From IMG/VR virus record IMGVR_UViG_3300027986_000001, positions 35,897-99,896 of that record: a stretch of 64,000 nt of DNA; one strand, written 5' to 3'. The notes under the pieces are model-generated. The model did not search any database and was not told the origin of the DNA. It worked only from the letters and a program-made list of their open reading frames with translations. Position numbers and translations under genes: made by a program. This DNA is from a virus. Lineage: Duplodnaviria > Caudoviricetes. This document shows positions 1-9,081 of this stretch, piece by piece. Position 1 is the first letter of the stretch; every line of letters begins with the position of its first letter.

Positions 1-2
1 TA

Positions 3-359
3 AAGACAGCTACGGCGAGACTGCGCGAACTCATGGCGTCCATCCCCAAAGAGGCGGTTATCTGGGGATACGGGGCCTCGACCAAAGGTAACGTTCTTTT
101 GCAGTACACGGGGATCGCCGATCGCTTGAAGGCGGTCGCGGATGTGAACCCTGCCAAGTGGGGCCGCGTTCTGCCCGGAACGCAGATACCGATCACCTCG
201 GAGGAGGAGATGCGCAAAGCAAATCCGGACTACCTGCTGGCTCTGCCGTGGGCATTTCTGGATGAGTTTATGCGGCGGGAGCCGGGCAGGAAGTTCATTG
301 TGCCGTTTCCAGATCCGCGTATCGTGGAGGCTCCAGTGGCGGCGGAGGTGACGGTATGA
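3..359 (+). CDS. NDP-sugar C-methyltransferase C-terminal domain (5'-truncated by window edge)
   Basis: Motifs WGYGASTKGNVLLQY, DVNPAKWGRVLPGTQIPI and PDYLLALPWAF match the C-methyltransferase C-terminal domain; frame is open back to position 3. Confidence 0.85.
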   Translation, partial: KTATARLRELMASIPKEAVIWGYGASTKGNVLLQYTGIADRLKAVADVNPAKWGRVLPGTQIPITSEEEMRKANPDYLLALPWAFLDEFMRREPGRKFIVPFPDPRIVEAPVAAEVTV

Positions 360-1054
360 TCATCGCTAAGCGTCCTATCGGGACCGTGGCATACATGGGC
401 GGCGTGGCCAGCCTGGATGAAGAGTTCTGCTGGTCGTGGGGCCAGATGATTCAGTGCAATAACGAGTTTCTCGCCAAGCCAGGGGAATACGTTCATCTCG
501 ACCGGGCGCGCACGTCCGACCACGCTTCCGCAAGAAATTATCTAGCCAGGAACTTTCTGGGGGAGTGGCTGTTCCAGACGGACACGGACCACCAATTCGA
601 GCCCGATCTGGTTTGCCGCATGGTGGCCTTAATGGACCGCCTGCAACTCAACGTGCTGACCGGGATCTACTGCTATCGGACTCCGCCATATCTTCCATTG
701 ATCTATGCTTGGTCAGAAAAAGATCAGGCGTTCGCTGTGATCGCGGAATGGAACGAGCCGCCCGAGGATCAGCCGGTGTTCAAGGTGGATTGCGCCGGAG
801 CGGGGTGCCTGTTGGTGCGGCGTCCCGTCTTCAACACAATCCGGCAGGAACTGGGCGAGGAGCCGTTCTCTCACATGGGAGCGCTGAGCGAGGACTTCTC
901 ATTCTTTCGCCGCTGCATGAAGCTGAATATTCCGGTCTTCTGCGCGCCGCATATCGAGAGCTACCACATACGTAAGCACATTTCATCGCTGGCCGACCGG
1001 GATCTGGGAGCGATTGCACTGGCCCCACGCGAGACACTGCTAGCGGGGCAGTAA
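356..1054 (+). CDS. Glycosyltransferase, GT-A/GT2-like
   Basis: DxD motif (TDTD), GAGCLLVRRPVF and SEDFSFFRRC typical of phage GT2-like proteins; ATGA overlap with the upstream gene. Confidence 0.8.
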   Translation: MIIAKRPIGTVAYMGGVASLDEEFCWSWGQMIQCNNEFLAKPGEYVHLDRARTSDHASARNYLARNFLGEWLFQTDTDHQFEPDLVCRMVALMDRLQLNVLTGIYCYRTPPYLPLIYAWSEKDQAFAVIAEWNEPPEDQPVFKVDCAGAGCLLVRRPVFNTIRQELGEEPFSHMGALSEDFSFFRRCMKLNIPVFCAPHIESYHIRKHISSLADRDLGAIALAPRETLLAGQ

Positions 1055-1065
1055 AATATCAGACT

Positions 1066-1506
1066 ATGCCGGGGCCGCTAATCGGAGACACGCTTTTGGA
1101 TCTCTGCCGCGCGATTGAGGAGCTTGGGCACCCAAGGCGGCTCATTCTTTCAAAAGAAGACTTTTTCCATTTCTTTCAAGCGGTACAGCCTTCGCATCGA
1201 ACATACGACCAAGAAGAAGGACCGTTCATAACGGTGATGGCTACTAGGGTAACTTTGGCCGACTGGCCCAAGGAATGGCCCGACTGTATTGACCTCAGTA
1301 CGGCATCGGAGGTCAGCAAGGTACTGCACCCGGAGAAGCCAAAGTCCACCGGCGTGGACCTTACGGAGCCAGCGACCATGAACAAGATACAACAATGGGC
1401 GACGAGGTTGGCGGAGGCTAAGGCCGGTCTGCCGGACACGCGACTGGGAACCGGGGAGGTGGCTATGCAGGCCGTTGTGGATTATTTAGCAAGACCAAAG
1501 CGCTGA
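1066..1506 (+). CDS. Hypothetical protein
   Basis: 146-aa ORF filling the gap in the + operon. Confidence 0.6.
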   Translation: MPGPLIGDTLLDLCRAIEELGHPRRLILSKEDFFHFFQAVQPSHRTYDQEEGPFITVMATRVTLADWPKEWPDCIDLSTASEVSKVLHPEKPKSTGVDLTEPATMNKIQQWATRLAEAKAGLPDTRLGTGEVAMQAVVDYLARPKR

Positions 1507-1531
1507 CAGTTTTGGCTGAATCCGGTAGAAT
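1503..1531 (+). promoter_or_regulatory. Sigma70-type promoter, probably leaderless transcript for the HNH gene
   Basis: CTGACA-17 nt-TAGAAT, 6 nt upstream of GTG at 1538; no SD. Confidence 0.55.
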
Positions 1532-1537
1532 AAGTTT

Positions 1538-2419
1538 GTGAGTTCAGCCATATCACCAATGGTCAAAACCAAGCGGTGTGGGCACTGCCGGGCGATCTTG
1601 CCACTTGATAGGTTCACCAAAAATAAGGGAACGGCCACTGGATTGTCTTCGTACTGCAAAGACTGCTCTAGTGATATAAATAAAACCAGACTGCCCCGGC
1701 CTTTCACTGGAAACGGTATGGGCATAAAGATGACGCTCTCCAAGGAGCGTTTCATAAGGGAATACAACAAACACGGGAGGAATCGGTATATTCTTGCAGA
1801 AGTCCTCGGGGTGTCTTCGGGTTGCGTCGGGTTGTGGGCGAAACTTTATGGCCTGACGAGACCAGCCCGGAAGAACATGCTCTCCGATGAGGAATTTGCC
1901 CGAAAATATTTGGAGTTGAACTCCGCTGCGGAGTTGGCCCGGTCTTTGAACGTTACTTTGCAAGCGGTCGTGTGGCGCGTTAAAAGGATCGGTATAGAGA
2001 TCAGCGCCGAAGAAAAGCGCAGACGCTGGCAGGAGTCTCATGGGACGAACGGGTCGTACAGGGATAACGGTTACGTATTGCGCTATCGTCCAGAGCACCC
2101 ATCTGCCAGTAAGGGTTGCATACGGGTCCACAGACTCATCGTGGAAGAGGCTATTGGCAGGTATCTAACAAGGACCGAGAAGGTTCACCATATTGATACT
2201 AACCGTGCGCATAACGAAGTAAGTAATCTCGCAATCATGAGCAGTAGGGATCATTCAAGGTTGCACCGCACTTATTACAGGCGTTGGCGTTTGTATTCGC
2301 AGGGTACGGCCAGCGAACGTCCCGTAGCTTTTCGGTTTTTAGACCCAGCCTTCTGGGCCGGTAAATGGGTCACCGAAATAGACCTACCAGGAGATCCTTG
2401 TGTCGGTTTACTCGTCTGA
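1538..2419 (+). CDS. HNH homing endonuclease with N-terminal zinc finger and HTH repeats
   Basis: CGHC...YCKDC zinc finger; HRLIVEEAIGRYL..EKVHHIDTNRAHNEVSNL HNH core. Confidence 0.88.
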   Translation: MSSAISPMVKTKRCGHCRAILPLDRFTKNKGTATGLSSYCKDCSSDINKTRLPRPFTGNGMGIKMTLSKERFIREYNKHGRNRYILAEVLGVSSGCVGLWAKLYGLTRPARKNMLSDEEFARKYLELNSAAELARSLNVTLQAVVWRVKRIGIEISAEEKRRRWQESHGTNGSYRDNGYVLRYRPEHPSASKGCIRVHRLIVEEAIGRYLTRTEKVHHIDTNRAHNEVSNLAIMSSRDHSRLHRTYYRRWRLYSQGTASERPVAFRFLDPAFWAGKWVTEIDLPGDPCVGLLV

Positions 2420-3599
2420 TTTGTTCACCTTACGGGGGGAGGTTAAATCGGTTAAGCCCTCGGCATCGAAGGAGACCGTGGATAGCGCAATCAATAAGCG
2501 CATCCGCCGTCTCTTCGACCGGCACTCCTGGTCCGACTCGCTACGTATCGGCGTAATCAACCTCGGCAACTCCTACACCACGGGCACGATCAGCTACACC
2601 CCCAACTCCAATATTGTTACCGGCACTGGAGCCGCTTGGCCGGTCAACGACTGGATAAACACTACGATTTCCGGCGTTAACAACGTCAGCGGAGCCGGAG
2701 TGGTGGATTACGGAGTCAGCAACATCATTCCGGGAGCGATGACTAACATCGCGCCAGGGCAGTGGCTGGTGGTGGATACGGGCGGAAATCAGGAAGTCGT
2801 ACAGGTACTGAATGTCTCGACTATTGGCTTCTCGCAGCAATTCTCGGCATTCTTCAAGAAGCCACACGCTAACGGCGTAGCGTTGCAGGCGTCCAGCCTT
2901 GCCGGACAGCAGTTCAAGGCCAATTTCCCGATCTACACAGTGCAGGCTGTCTTCTCCGCTACGTCGCTGCAAATTGACAACCCTTGGCAAGGCCAGCCGC
3001 AGACGCAGAACAACCTGCCCTACAACATCTACAACGGCTATGTGAGCGTCACGCCAAACACGCGACGCATCATGTTCGCCTGGGACCCGATCCAGGGCCA
3101 GCCGATAGACATCTGGCACAACCAGCAGGATCTGGCCGTGGAAGACCCACAACGAACAAACGTGGATTCACCGCTATGGTTAGCACAGACGCCGCCGAGT
3201 CCGGTCGGAATCGCGCAGTGGGAAGTCTGGCCCGCGCAGTTCACCAGTTACCAGTTCTCGGTCGTTACCTGCGAGCAGTGGCCTAAGCTCGTGCATGACA
3301 ACGACATGGCACCGGGGTTCATCAACCCTGACGGGATTGTGGCGGGAGCAAGGGCTGACGTACTGCGCATTCCCGTCATCCCACGTGAGGGTAGAACCGA
3401 TCCGTATCATAACCCCCAACTCGCCCAGGTGTACGAGGCGGAGTGGGAGTCGATCTACGAGGAGGCGCGGCAGGCCGATGAAGGTCGGGCGAGCACGCTG
3501 CTGAGCAGCTATATGCGATCTCTAGCCGATGGAGTGACGTACAACTTCTTAAGGAATCATCCCGCCGCCACTGCGGACGGGAGTATTTTCAGTTGGTAG
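2400..3599 (+). CDS. Putative virion head-tail adaptor protein with inserted beta-rich domain
   Basis: Helical N-terminus (INKRIRRLFDRHSWS), YTTGTISYT..VTGTG beta insert and helical C-terminus; position in structural arm. Confidence 0.55.
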   Translation: MSVYSSDLFTLRGEVKSVKPSASKETVDSAINKRIRRLFDRHSWSDSLRIGVINLGNSYTTGTISYTPNSNIVTGTGAAWPVNDWINTTISGVNNVSGAGVVDYGVSNIIPGAMTNIAPGQWLVVDTGGNQEVVQVLNVSTIGFSQQFSAFFKKPHANGVALQASSLAGQQFKANFPIYTVQAVFSATSLQIDNPWQGQPQTQNNLPYNIYNGYVSVTPNTRRIMFAWDPIQGQPIDIWHNQQDLAVEDPQRTNVDSPLWLAQTPPSPVGIAQWEVWPAQFTSYQFSVVTCEQWPKLVHDNDMAPGFINPDGIVAGARADVLRIPVIPREGRTDPYHNPQLAQVYEAEWESIYEEARQADEGRASTLLSSYMRSLADGVTYNFLRNHPAATADGSIFSW

Positions 3600-3643
3600 C
3601 TCAAGGAACTTCGCGGCCTTTTCCAAAAGTTCGGGACCAGGGC

Positions 3644-4024
3644 ATGTCTTCCTTATCCGGCAACACCGAAGAACGAATAGTTAAAGAAGCTGTTCGAGCG
3701 TCTGGCATGCGAGATCTTCAAAATGGCATGAAGCAGGCGGATGTGGCTCGTAAATATTCAATCTCAAGGACGTCCGCACACCGCTGGGCCAGACGACTAT
3801 CCGAAGGCAGGTCAGCAACAAGAACGATATCCACAGGAAGGCCAAGCAGGCTTACGAGCGAGCAGCTCCGGGAATTGAAAGGCATGGAATTGTCTGGCCT
3901 GAGCGGTATAGAGATTCGTGATCTGATCGAGAAGCGATTCGGGATTCGCTACCATAGGGACCACGCCATGCGCTTGCGCCACAAGGTGCAGTCAAATAAT
4001 CCCCGCGCCCGGCCGGTTCCGTAA
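3644..4024 (+). CDS. Stand-alone IS630-type winged helix-turn-helix protein
   Basis: GMKQADVARKYSISRTSAHRW..GRPSRLTSEQ..LIEKRFGIRYHRDH resembles IS630 transposase N-terminal HTH domains; no DDE domain follows. Confidence 0.7.
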   Translation: MSSLSGNTEERIVKEAVRASGMRDLQNGMKQADVARKYSISRTSAHRWARRLSEGRSATRTISTGRPSRLTSEQLRELKGMELSGLSGIEIRDLIEKRFGIRYHRDHAMRLRHKVQSNNPRARPVP

Positions 4025-4050
4025 CCGTTTCTTCATAGTCAAGAAAATCC

Positions 4051-4079
4051 TTTACATCAGTCAAGAGATCGGATACGAT
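4051..4079 (+). promoter_or_regulatory. Sigma70-type promoter for ORF 4092
   Basis: TTTACA-17 nt-TACGAT, 12 nt upstream of ATG. Confidence 0.45.
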
Positions 4080-4091
4080 GAGTCATTCGTC

Positions 4092-5195
4092 ATGCCTCAT
4101 TATGATCCTCCCGCAAACGTCCCCACGGCTCACCTGTCTCATCCGGATCAGCACATACCTTGGAGCCAGTGGTCGGAAGAACAGACTCTGCACATTGTCG
4201 TCCCGTATAGCAACCCATTCCGCTGGCGGACCCGCCGGGAGTTGGTGAATGACTGTATCCGCCACTTGCGGGGTATGGCTAACGTGGATCTGCACGTAGT
4301 TGAACTGACTTACGGAGACAGGCCGTTCGAGGTCACCGGAGGCAATCCCAATGATGTTCAGCTACGAACCAACTGCGAACTGTGGCACAAGGAGCAGTTG
4401 ATAAATCAGGGCGTAGCGCGCTTCCCGTTCGGCTGGAGGTACGGCGGATATATCGACGGGGATTTTCACTTCACGCGTCACGACATGGCGCTGGAGGCTA
4501 TCCATCAACTTCAGCACTACGATTTCGTCCAATTGTTCAGCTCCTACGCGGACTTATCAGGAGAGACCTACGGCACGGGTCACAGGCCCCTGCGAATCAA
4601 TAACGGATTCGCCTACAACTATATCCAGAGCGGGTATCAACTTCCGCAAGGATTCGTTAACGGAGGATGGAAGGTATCCGGAGCAGACGATGGGTATTAC
4701 GCGGCTATGATGGCCGGACCTCCAAAGATGGGCGTAGGTGCTACCGGGGGAGCGTGGGCGTGGCGCAGGTCAGCGTTCGATATCGTGGGTGGCATGCTGG
4801 ATGTGTGCGTGTTAGGACACGCGGATTGGTTCCAGACATTTGGCCTTGTCGGTGAAGAAGCCCCTGATATGCACGTCTCCGGCTACACCAAGGACTATAT
4901 TGGGCGCATCCGCGCTTGGCAATCCAACGCGGCTAAGCTCAAGAAGAATATTGGGTATGTGGACTGCTTCGCAACGCACAATTTCCACGGGGCAAAATCG
5001 AGGCGCGGGTACTCAAGCCGGGATATGATCTTAGTGAAGCACCAATTTGACCCGTCTACGGATCTGCGGATGGACTGGCAGGGAATTTGGCAGTTGACTC
5101 CCGACAAGCCAGCATTGCGCGACGATATTCGGCGATACTTTATCAGTCGCTCGGAAGACGACTTAGGTCTATACGGAGACGCAGTAAAATCTTAG
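4092..5195 (+). CDS. Glycosyltransferase-like (GT-A fold) protein
   Basis: IVVPYSNPFRW, LWHKEQLIN, YIDGD (DxD) and GGAWAWRR pattern of a viral GT-A-like family. Confidence 0.6.
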   Translation: MPHYDPPANVPTAHLSHPDQHIPWSQWSEEQTLHIVVPYSNPFRWRTRRELVNDCIRHLRGMANVDLHVVELTYGDRPFEVTGGNPNDVQLRTNCELWHKEQLINQGVARFPFGWRYGGYIDGDFHFTRHDMALEAIHQLQHYDFVQLFSSYADLSGETYGTGHRPLRINNGFAYNYIQSGYQLPQGFVNGGWKVSGADDGYYAAMMAGPPKMGVGATGGAWAWRRSAFDIVGGMLDVCVLGHADWFQTFGLVGEEAPDMHVSGYTKDYIGRIRAWQSNAAKLKKNIGYVDCFATHNFHGAKSRRGYSSRDMILVKHQFDPSTDLRMDWQGIWQLTPDKPALRDDIRRYFISRSEDDLGLYGDAVKS

Positions 5196-5213
5196 ACAGG
5201 AGCAATACACAAC

Positions 5214-6002
5214 ATGCTACCGACCTTTCATCATCCCGTCCACGGGCCGATCAAACTCGGCAAGAAAGCACCGCGTATCGACAAGCGCACCCTTAAGTTG
5301 GCCAAGTACCTAAAAGGCGGTCTGCCTGCCGCCCCGGCGGAGGTGAGCTGGATTACCAAGGTTCCGCAACCGTGGAATATGTTTCTTAACGACAAGCTGG
5401 GCGATTGCGTTCTGGCTGCCTGCGGCCACATGATCATGCAGTGGAGCTTCTTTGCTGGATCGCCGTTTGTCCCCTCTGACGACCAGATCCTGACTGCGTA
5501 TGAAGCCGTTGGCGGGTATGACCCCGGAAATCCAAATACGGACAACGGGGCCGATATGCTGACGGCATTGAACTACTGGCGACAGACGGGGGTAGCGGGC
5601 CACAAGATCCTCGCGTTCGCCTCGGTGGACTGGACCAATCGTGACGAAATGCGGGCAGCGATCCAGATATTTGGCAATGTATACCTAGGCGTTCAGCTCC
5701 CCCTGTCGGCACAAGGCAAGCCGCTGTGGACTGTGGCGGATGGCGGCATCTATACGAGCGGCGGCGAGCCGGGTAGCTGGGGCGGCCACTGTATCCCTGT
5801 CATGGCAGAGTCTCCGGAAACGGACTCGGTGATCACCTGGGGCGGGATCACAAAGATGTCGCACAACTTTCTTACGGATTACGCCGACGAGGCTTTTGCC
5901 GTTCTCTCTCCTGAGTGGCTGGCCGCGAACGGACAGTCCCCGAGCGGCCTCGATCTGGATCAGTTGAACCAGGATCTGGCGCAGCTTCCTTCGGCAGCGT
6001 AG
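5214..6002 (+). CDS. Papain-like cysteine peptidase
   Basis: NDKLGDCVLAACGH (catalytic Cys), GGHCI (His), ITWG; SD AGGAG. Confidence 0.7.
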   Translation: MLPTFHHPVHGPIKLGKKAPRIDKRTLKLAKYLKGGLPAAPAEVSWITKVPQPWNMFLNDKLGDCVLAACGHMIMQWSFFAGSPFVPSDDQILTAYEAVGGYDPGNPNTDNGADMLTALNYWRQTGVAGHKILAFASVDWTNRDEMRAAIQIFGNVYLGVQLPLSAQGKPLWTVADGGIYTSGGEPGSWGGHCIPVMAESPETDSVITWGGITKMSHNFLTDYADEAFAVLSPEWLAANGQSPSGLDLDQLNQDLAQLPSAA

Positions 6003-6022
6003 ATCGTGCTACCCTTTTCGGC

Positions 6023-6292
6023 ATGAGCACAGCCAAGCATCCGCCGACTCCGATCAATACGCACGGTACGCAACTAAAGAGTATCGACCATGTGGCGCAC
6101 CGCGCCTTAGTCCGCAACCAGGATGAGCGGAATGCCGCCAACAAGTCGGTCTACCGCTACACCATGCCGACTTCGTTCGATCAGGGAGACTACGGGAAGC
6201 GGATGCGGGAAAACGAGGCCATCCAGCGGATCAAGTCGCGGGGGCTCCACAAGGGCGGAGCCAATTTCGAGCACGAGGATATACTGGGTTAA
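6023..6292 (+). CDS. Hypothetical protein
   Basis: Start reassigned to ATG 6023, preceded by TGcTACCCT at leaderless spacing. Confidence 0.55.
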   Translation: MSTAKHPPTPINTHGTQLKSIDHVAHRALVRNQDERNAANKSVYRYTMPTSFDQGDYGKRMRENEAIQRIKSRGLHKGGANFEHEDILG

Positions 6293-6303
6293 GGAGGAAT
6301 GCC

Positions 6304-6681
6304 GTGAAACAGTTATTGCTATTAGTCGTTTTTTTACTGGGGGTGCTGGCTGTAATAGTCACCCCGCAGTGGTTTCTTATCGCGCAGGAGAAGCCCCCGT
6401 ACGAGCGACCGACTATTGCCTCGATTAAGCTAATGCCAAGCCAGCCTATTGTTGTTGCGGGATGCGTTCCAGGACACGTCGGCGGCTATCTCAGGGTATT
6501 CCCAGATTCCCCGAGAGAAGAACTGGGGCCGTCTTTCAGCGCAGGGGGAGTGATTGACTACCAAGATCCCGATGACGCCGCCGTGGGAAGATACGTCAAG
6601 GCGCAGCTAAAGAAGGGCATCATGGTGACGTTCTACCCGGATAAGGGCGGGATTTTTGTAACCTCGGAGTGTCAGAAGTAG
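6304..6681 (+). CDS. Exported or membrane-anchored hypothetical protein
   Basis: SD AAGGAGG; N-terminal hydrophobic stretch MKQLLLLVVFLLGVLAVIV. Confidence 0.7.
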   Translation: MKQLLLLVVFLLGVLAVIVTPQWFLIAQEKPPYERPTIASIKLMPSQPIVVAGCVPGHVGGYLRVFPDSPREELGPSFSAGGVIDYQDPDDAAVGRYVKAQLKKGIMVTFYPDKGGIFVTSECQK

Positions 6682-6797
6682 CGTACAATGGTCCGCGAAG
6701 TGTGACTCAAGGAAACAGGGCGCTGGGAACCCCGATGTGCAAGTTTCGAGGCAAAATCTAGCGGAGATCGATGCAGCGCCCTGCTAAGCTGTGAGAT

Positions 6798-7439
6798 GTG
6801 CCTACTGTAACGTTGGCCAATTTGGAGCAGCAAGTTTGGGATAGGTTGGACTCAAATTCAAATTGGTACCCCGAACTCAACGTCCGCTACGCGCTAAATG
6901 AGGGCCTCAAGAAATCCAACCTGATCGTTGGTTGGAACCAAGCCACCATCAACGTCTCTGGAAACTCCGTAGCAAACCAGTATCTCTATTCCACGCCGAT
7001 CGGAATCGTCGTGCCGATGCGGGTTGAGTTCGCGGGCCGTGAGTTGAATCCGGTCGGGCTCAAGAGCCTAACTCGCAAGTACCGCAACTGGATCAGTGAC
7101 ACCAGCAACCTTATCGGGCCAGTTAAGTATTGGAGCCGAATTGGAATTTCCCAGTTTCTGCTCTATCCGGCGGACTCTATCGGGGGTAGTGTGGTCGCGG
7201 TAACTGGGATCGCGCCCGTGCCGATGTTAGTGAATCAGGGGGATGTAGTCGATCTGGAAAATCACTGGACGCAGTTGGTGGTTAAGTACGCTGCGGCTCG
7301 ATGCCAACTGAAAGATTCGGGGGCCACCTTCTCTATGGCGCAGGGCATCATGAAGCAGGTTATGATTGACCTGAAATTGATGAGCGTATGGAAGAGCATG
7401 GAGTTCCCGCAGGAGTTCGCGCTAAGAGAGGGTCGCTAG
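6798..7439 (+). CDS. Putative head-tail adaptor protein
   Basis: TLANLEQQVWDRLD..W...ALNEG, YSTP..VEFAG and LVVKYAAAR pattern of podoviral adaptors. Confidence 0.65.
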   Translation: MPTVTLANLEQQVWDRLDSNSNWYPELNVRYALNEGLKKSNLIVGWNQATINVSGNSVANQYLYSTPIGIVVPMRVEFAGRELNPVGLKSLTRKYRNWISDTSNLIGPVKYWSRIGISQFLLYPADSIGGSVVAVTGIAPVPMLVNQGDVVDLENHWTQLVVKYAAARCQLKDSGATFSMAQGIMKQVMIDLKLMSVWKSMEFPQEFALREGR

Positions 7440-8153
7440 ATGGCCTTGCCTGTAACGGATATTTATAACCAGTTTTGTTACGACGTTGCGGAAGACTACG
7501 GAAACGGCGCGGGACCGGGGCTCTCCTTGGGCCTGCTCACATTTCAGCAGTGGATCGACCTCCTGAACGAGGTTCTCGTGGACTTCATGAAGCGGACCGG
7601 GCTTGTGAAGCAAATCTATACCCAGGAGATCGTTCAAGGGCAGAACCAGTATACGGTTCCTGACACGATGGCGCTCGTCGAAGCCGCCTACGTCGGCGGC
7701 GTATATCTGGAACAGAGCACAACGGAGGATCTGTACTGCCGCTTCAAGAACTGGAAGGTCTTCCAGGACGTTCCGCAGGCGTGGCACGACGATTCTATTC
7801 CGATAAAGACGGTCGAACTCGCTCCAGTGCCTAGTTTTTCTTCGCCCGCATTCACGCCGCAGTCGGGGGATTGGGCGGTTACGATCGGCGTAACACTGAC
7901 CCCGGCAGGAATAGCCAGAGGGCTAACCTTAGTCGGAACTTTGCTGCCAACTACGTTAACGGCCCTAGGGCAGAGCCTGCCTATTCCTGACGAATTCGCG
8001 CTGACGGCGATAAACTACGGAGTGTTAGCCCGCGTGTATTCCGGTGATAATGAACTGGCAGATCCTGACAAAGCCGCGTTCTGCCTTCAGGAGTATGAGA
8101 ACATGGTAGCCCTCGGGGCCGCCATCGCCAGCGAACTGAACGAAAGCGAGTGA
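7440..8153 (+). CDS. Putative head-tail adaptor protein (paralogue of previous gene)
   Basis: LLNEVLVDFMKRT, GQNQYTVPD, IPDEF..AINYGVLARVY; same architecture as 6798 ORF. Confidence 0.65.
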   Translation: MALPVTDIYNQFCYDVAEDYGNGAGPGLSLGLLTFQQWIDLLNEVLVDFMKRTGLVKQIYTQEIVQGQNQYTVPDTMALVEAAYVGGVYLEQSTTEDLYCRFKNWKVFQDVPQAWHDDSIPIKTVELAPVPSFSSPAFTPQSGDWAVTIGVTLTPAGIARGLTLVGTLLPTTLTALGQSLPIPDEFALTAINYGVLARVYSGDNELADPDKAAFCLQEYENMVALGAAIASELNESE

Positions 8154-8160
8154 GGGTTTA

Positions 8161-8183
8161 GCGGGCGGAATTTCTCCGCCCGC
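8161..8183. terminator. Hairpin between convergent genes, likely bidirectional terminator
   Basis: GCGGGCGGA-5 nt loop-TCCGCCCGC, perfect 9-bp stem between stops at 8153 and 8190. Confidence 0.65.
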
Positions 8184-8189
8184 ATAGCG

Positions 8190-8810
8190 TTATATGCCAA
8201 AGATAGTCAACGCGGCGTAGACGTTTTTGAGGAGTTGTGGATAGGCGGCGACCTTTGGATCGCGAGATACTTCTTCCACGTACCACCTAATCCGTTTAGG
8301 TTTTTTGCTTGGCGTGTAGCCGTCGATGAGCGTAAACAGTAGGAACAGTTCTATGTCCGCCACGCCGTCTACAACGTTCCGCCGAAACCGTTCTTGGTTG
8401 TACTTTCCTTTGGACTCAACCTGCTTCCATAAGGCATATGGCTCGTCGTGATACTTAACGATATGCAGCAGATCTCTGGCAATTGGATCGTTATTGTCCA
8501 GAAACTCGGCAAGGAACGCTTGTGCTAGAGACCCGTGGCTCTGTGGGTCTTCGATGGGAGAGTCGCGTTTTGCCCACAACTTGAACGTGTCGTGGGTGTA
8601 GATCAGCAACCGTAACTTCCAGTATTGCTCATCTGAAGACAGAACCCCACGAAGCCTCTCTAGGTTGCTGTCTAACTGATCAATGTGATTAGCAACAGTC
8701 CCCTCTTGGTGCCCCTGACGTGGCTTACCGTATGTGATTCCCTGTTTATAACGAGGGTCCGACAGAACACGGTCGAAAATGCGGGCGTAATCGATGGAGG
8801 TGTCAACCAT
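8190..8810 (-). CDS. HD-domain phosphohydrolase
   Basis: H.EGTVANH, HDTFK, HG and HDEPY metal-binding pattern. Confidence 0.75.
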   Translation of the reverse strand: MVDTSIDYARIFDRVLSDPRYKQGITYGKPRQGHQEGTVANHIDQLDSNLERLRGVLSSDEQYWKLRLLIYTHDTFKLWAKRDSPIEDPQSHGSLAQAFLAEFLDNNDPIARDLLHIVKYHDEPYALWKQVESKGKYNQERFRRNVVDGVADIELFLLFTLIDGYTPSKKPKRIRWYVEEVSRDPKVAAYPQLLKNVYAALTIFGI

Positions 8811-9081
8811 TATGGCACTCTCCTATCCGATCACGCAGTCCCTTGCCCCTTGGTGGGTCAGGACAGGTCGATACATCTGGGCCATGCGCCCTGCCGCAGT
8901 TCGGGCATTTCCAGCCGACCTGAGGAGATGGCCGCAGTCCGTGAGGTGGTTCGGCATCGAACTGCTTCTGCCGTTCCTTGTAGAACTCAAGTATGGCCTG
9001 CCGTGCGGCTTCCCGTTGCTTTTCATTATCCCCAAAGCCGAGTATACCTATCGGCGGATGACTATCTAGCATGTAGATCAC
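8803..9081 (-). CDS. Small hypothetical protein with CxxC motif
   Basis: GWKCPNCGRAHGPDVSTCP; exact start uncertain. Confidence 0.55.
   Translation of the reverse strand: MIYMLDSHPPIGILGFGDNEKQREAARQAILEFYKERQKQFDAEPPHGLRPSPQVGWKCPNCGRAHGPDVSTCPDPPRGKGLRDRIGECHNG

Noticed and set aside
3593-4060. Complete IS630 element
   Set aside because: No catalytic DDE ORF in any frame downstream and no terminal inverted repeats identified
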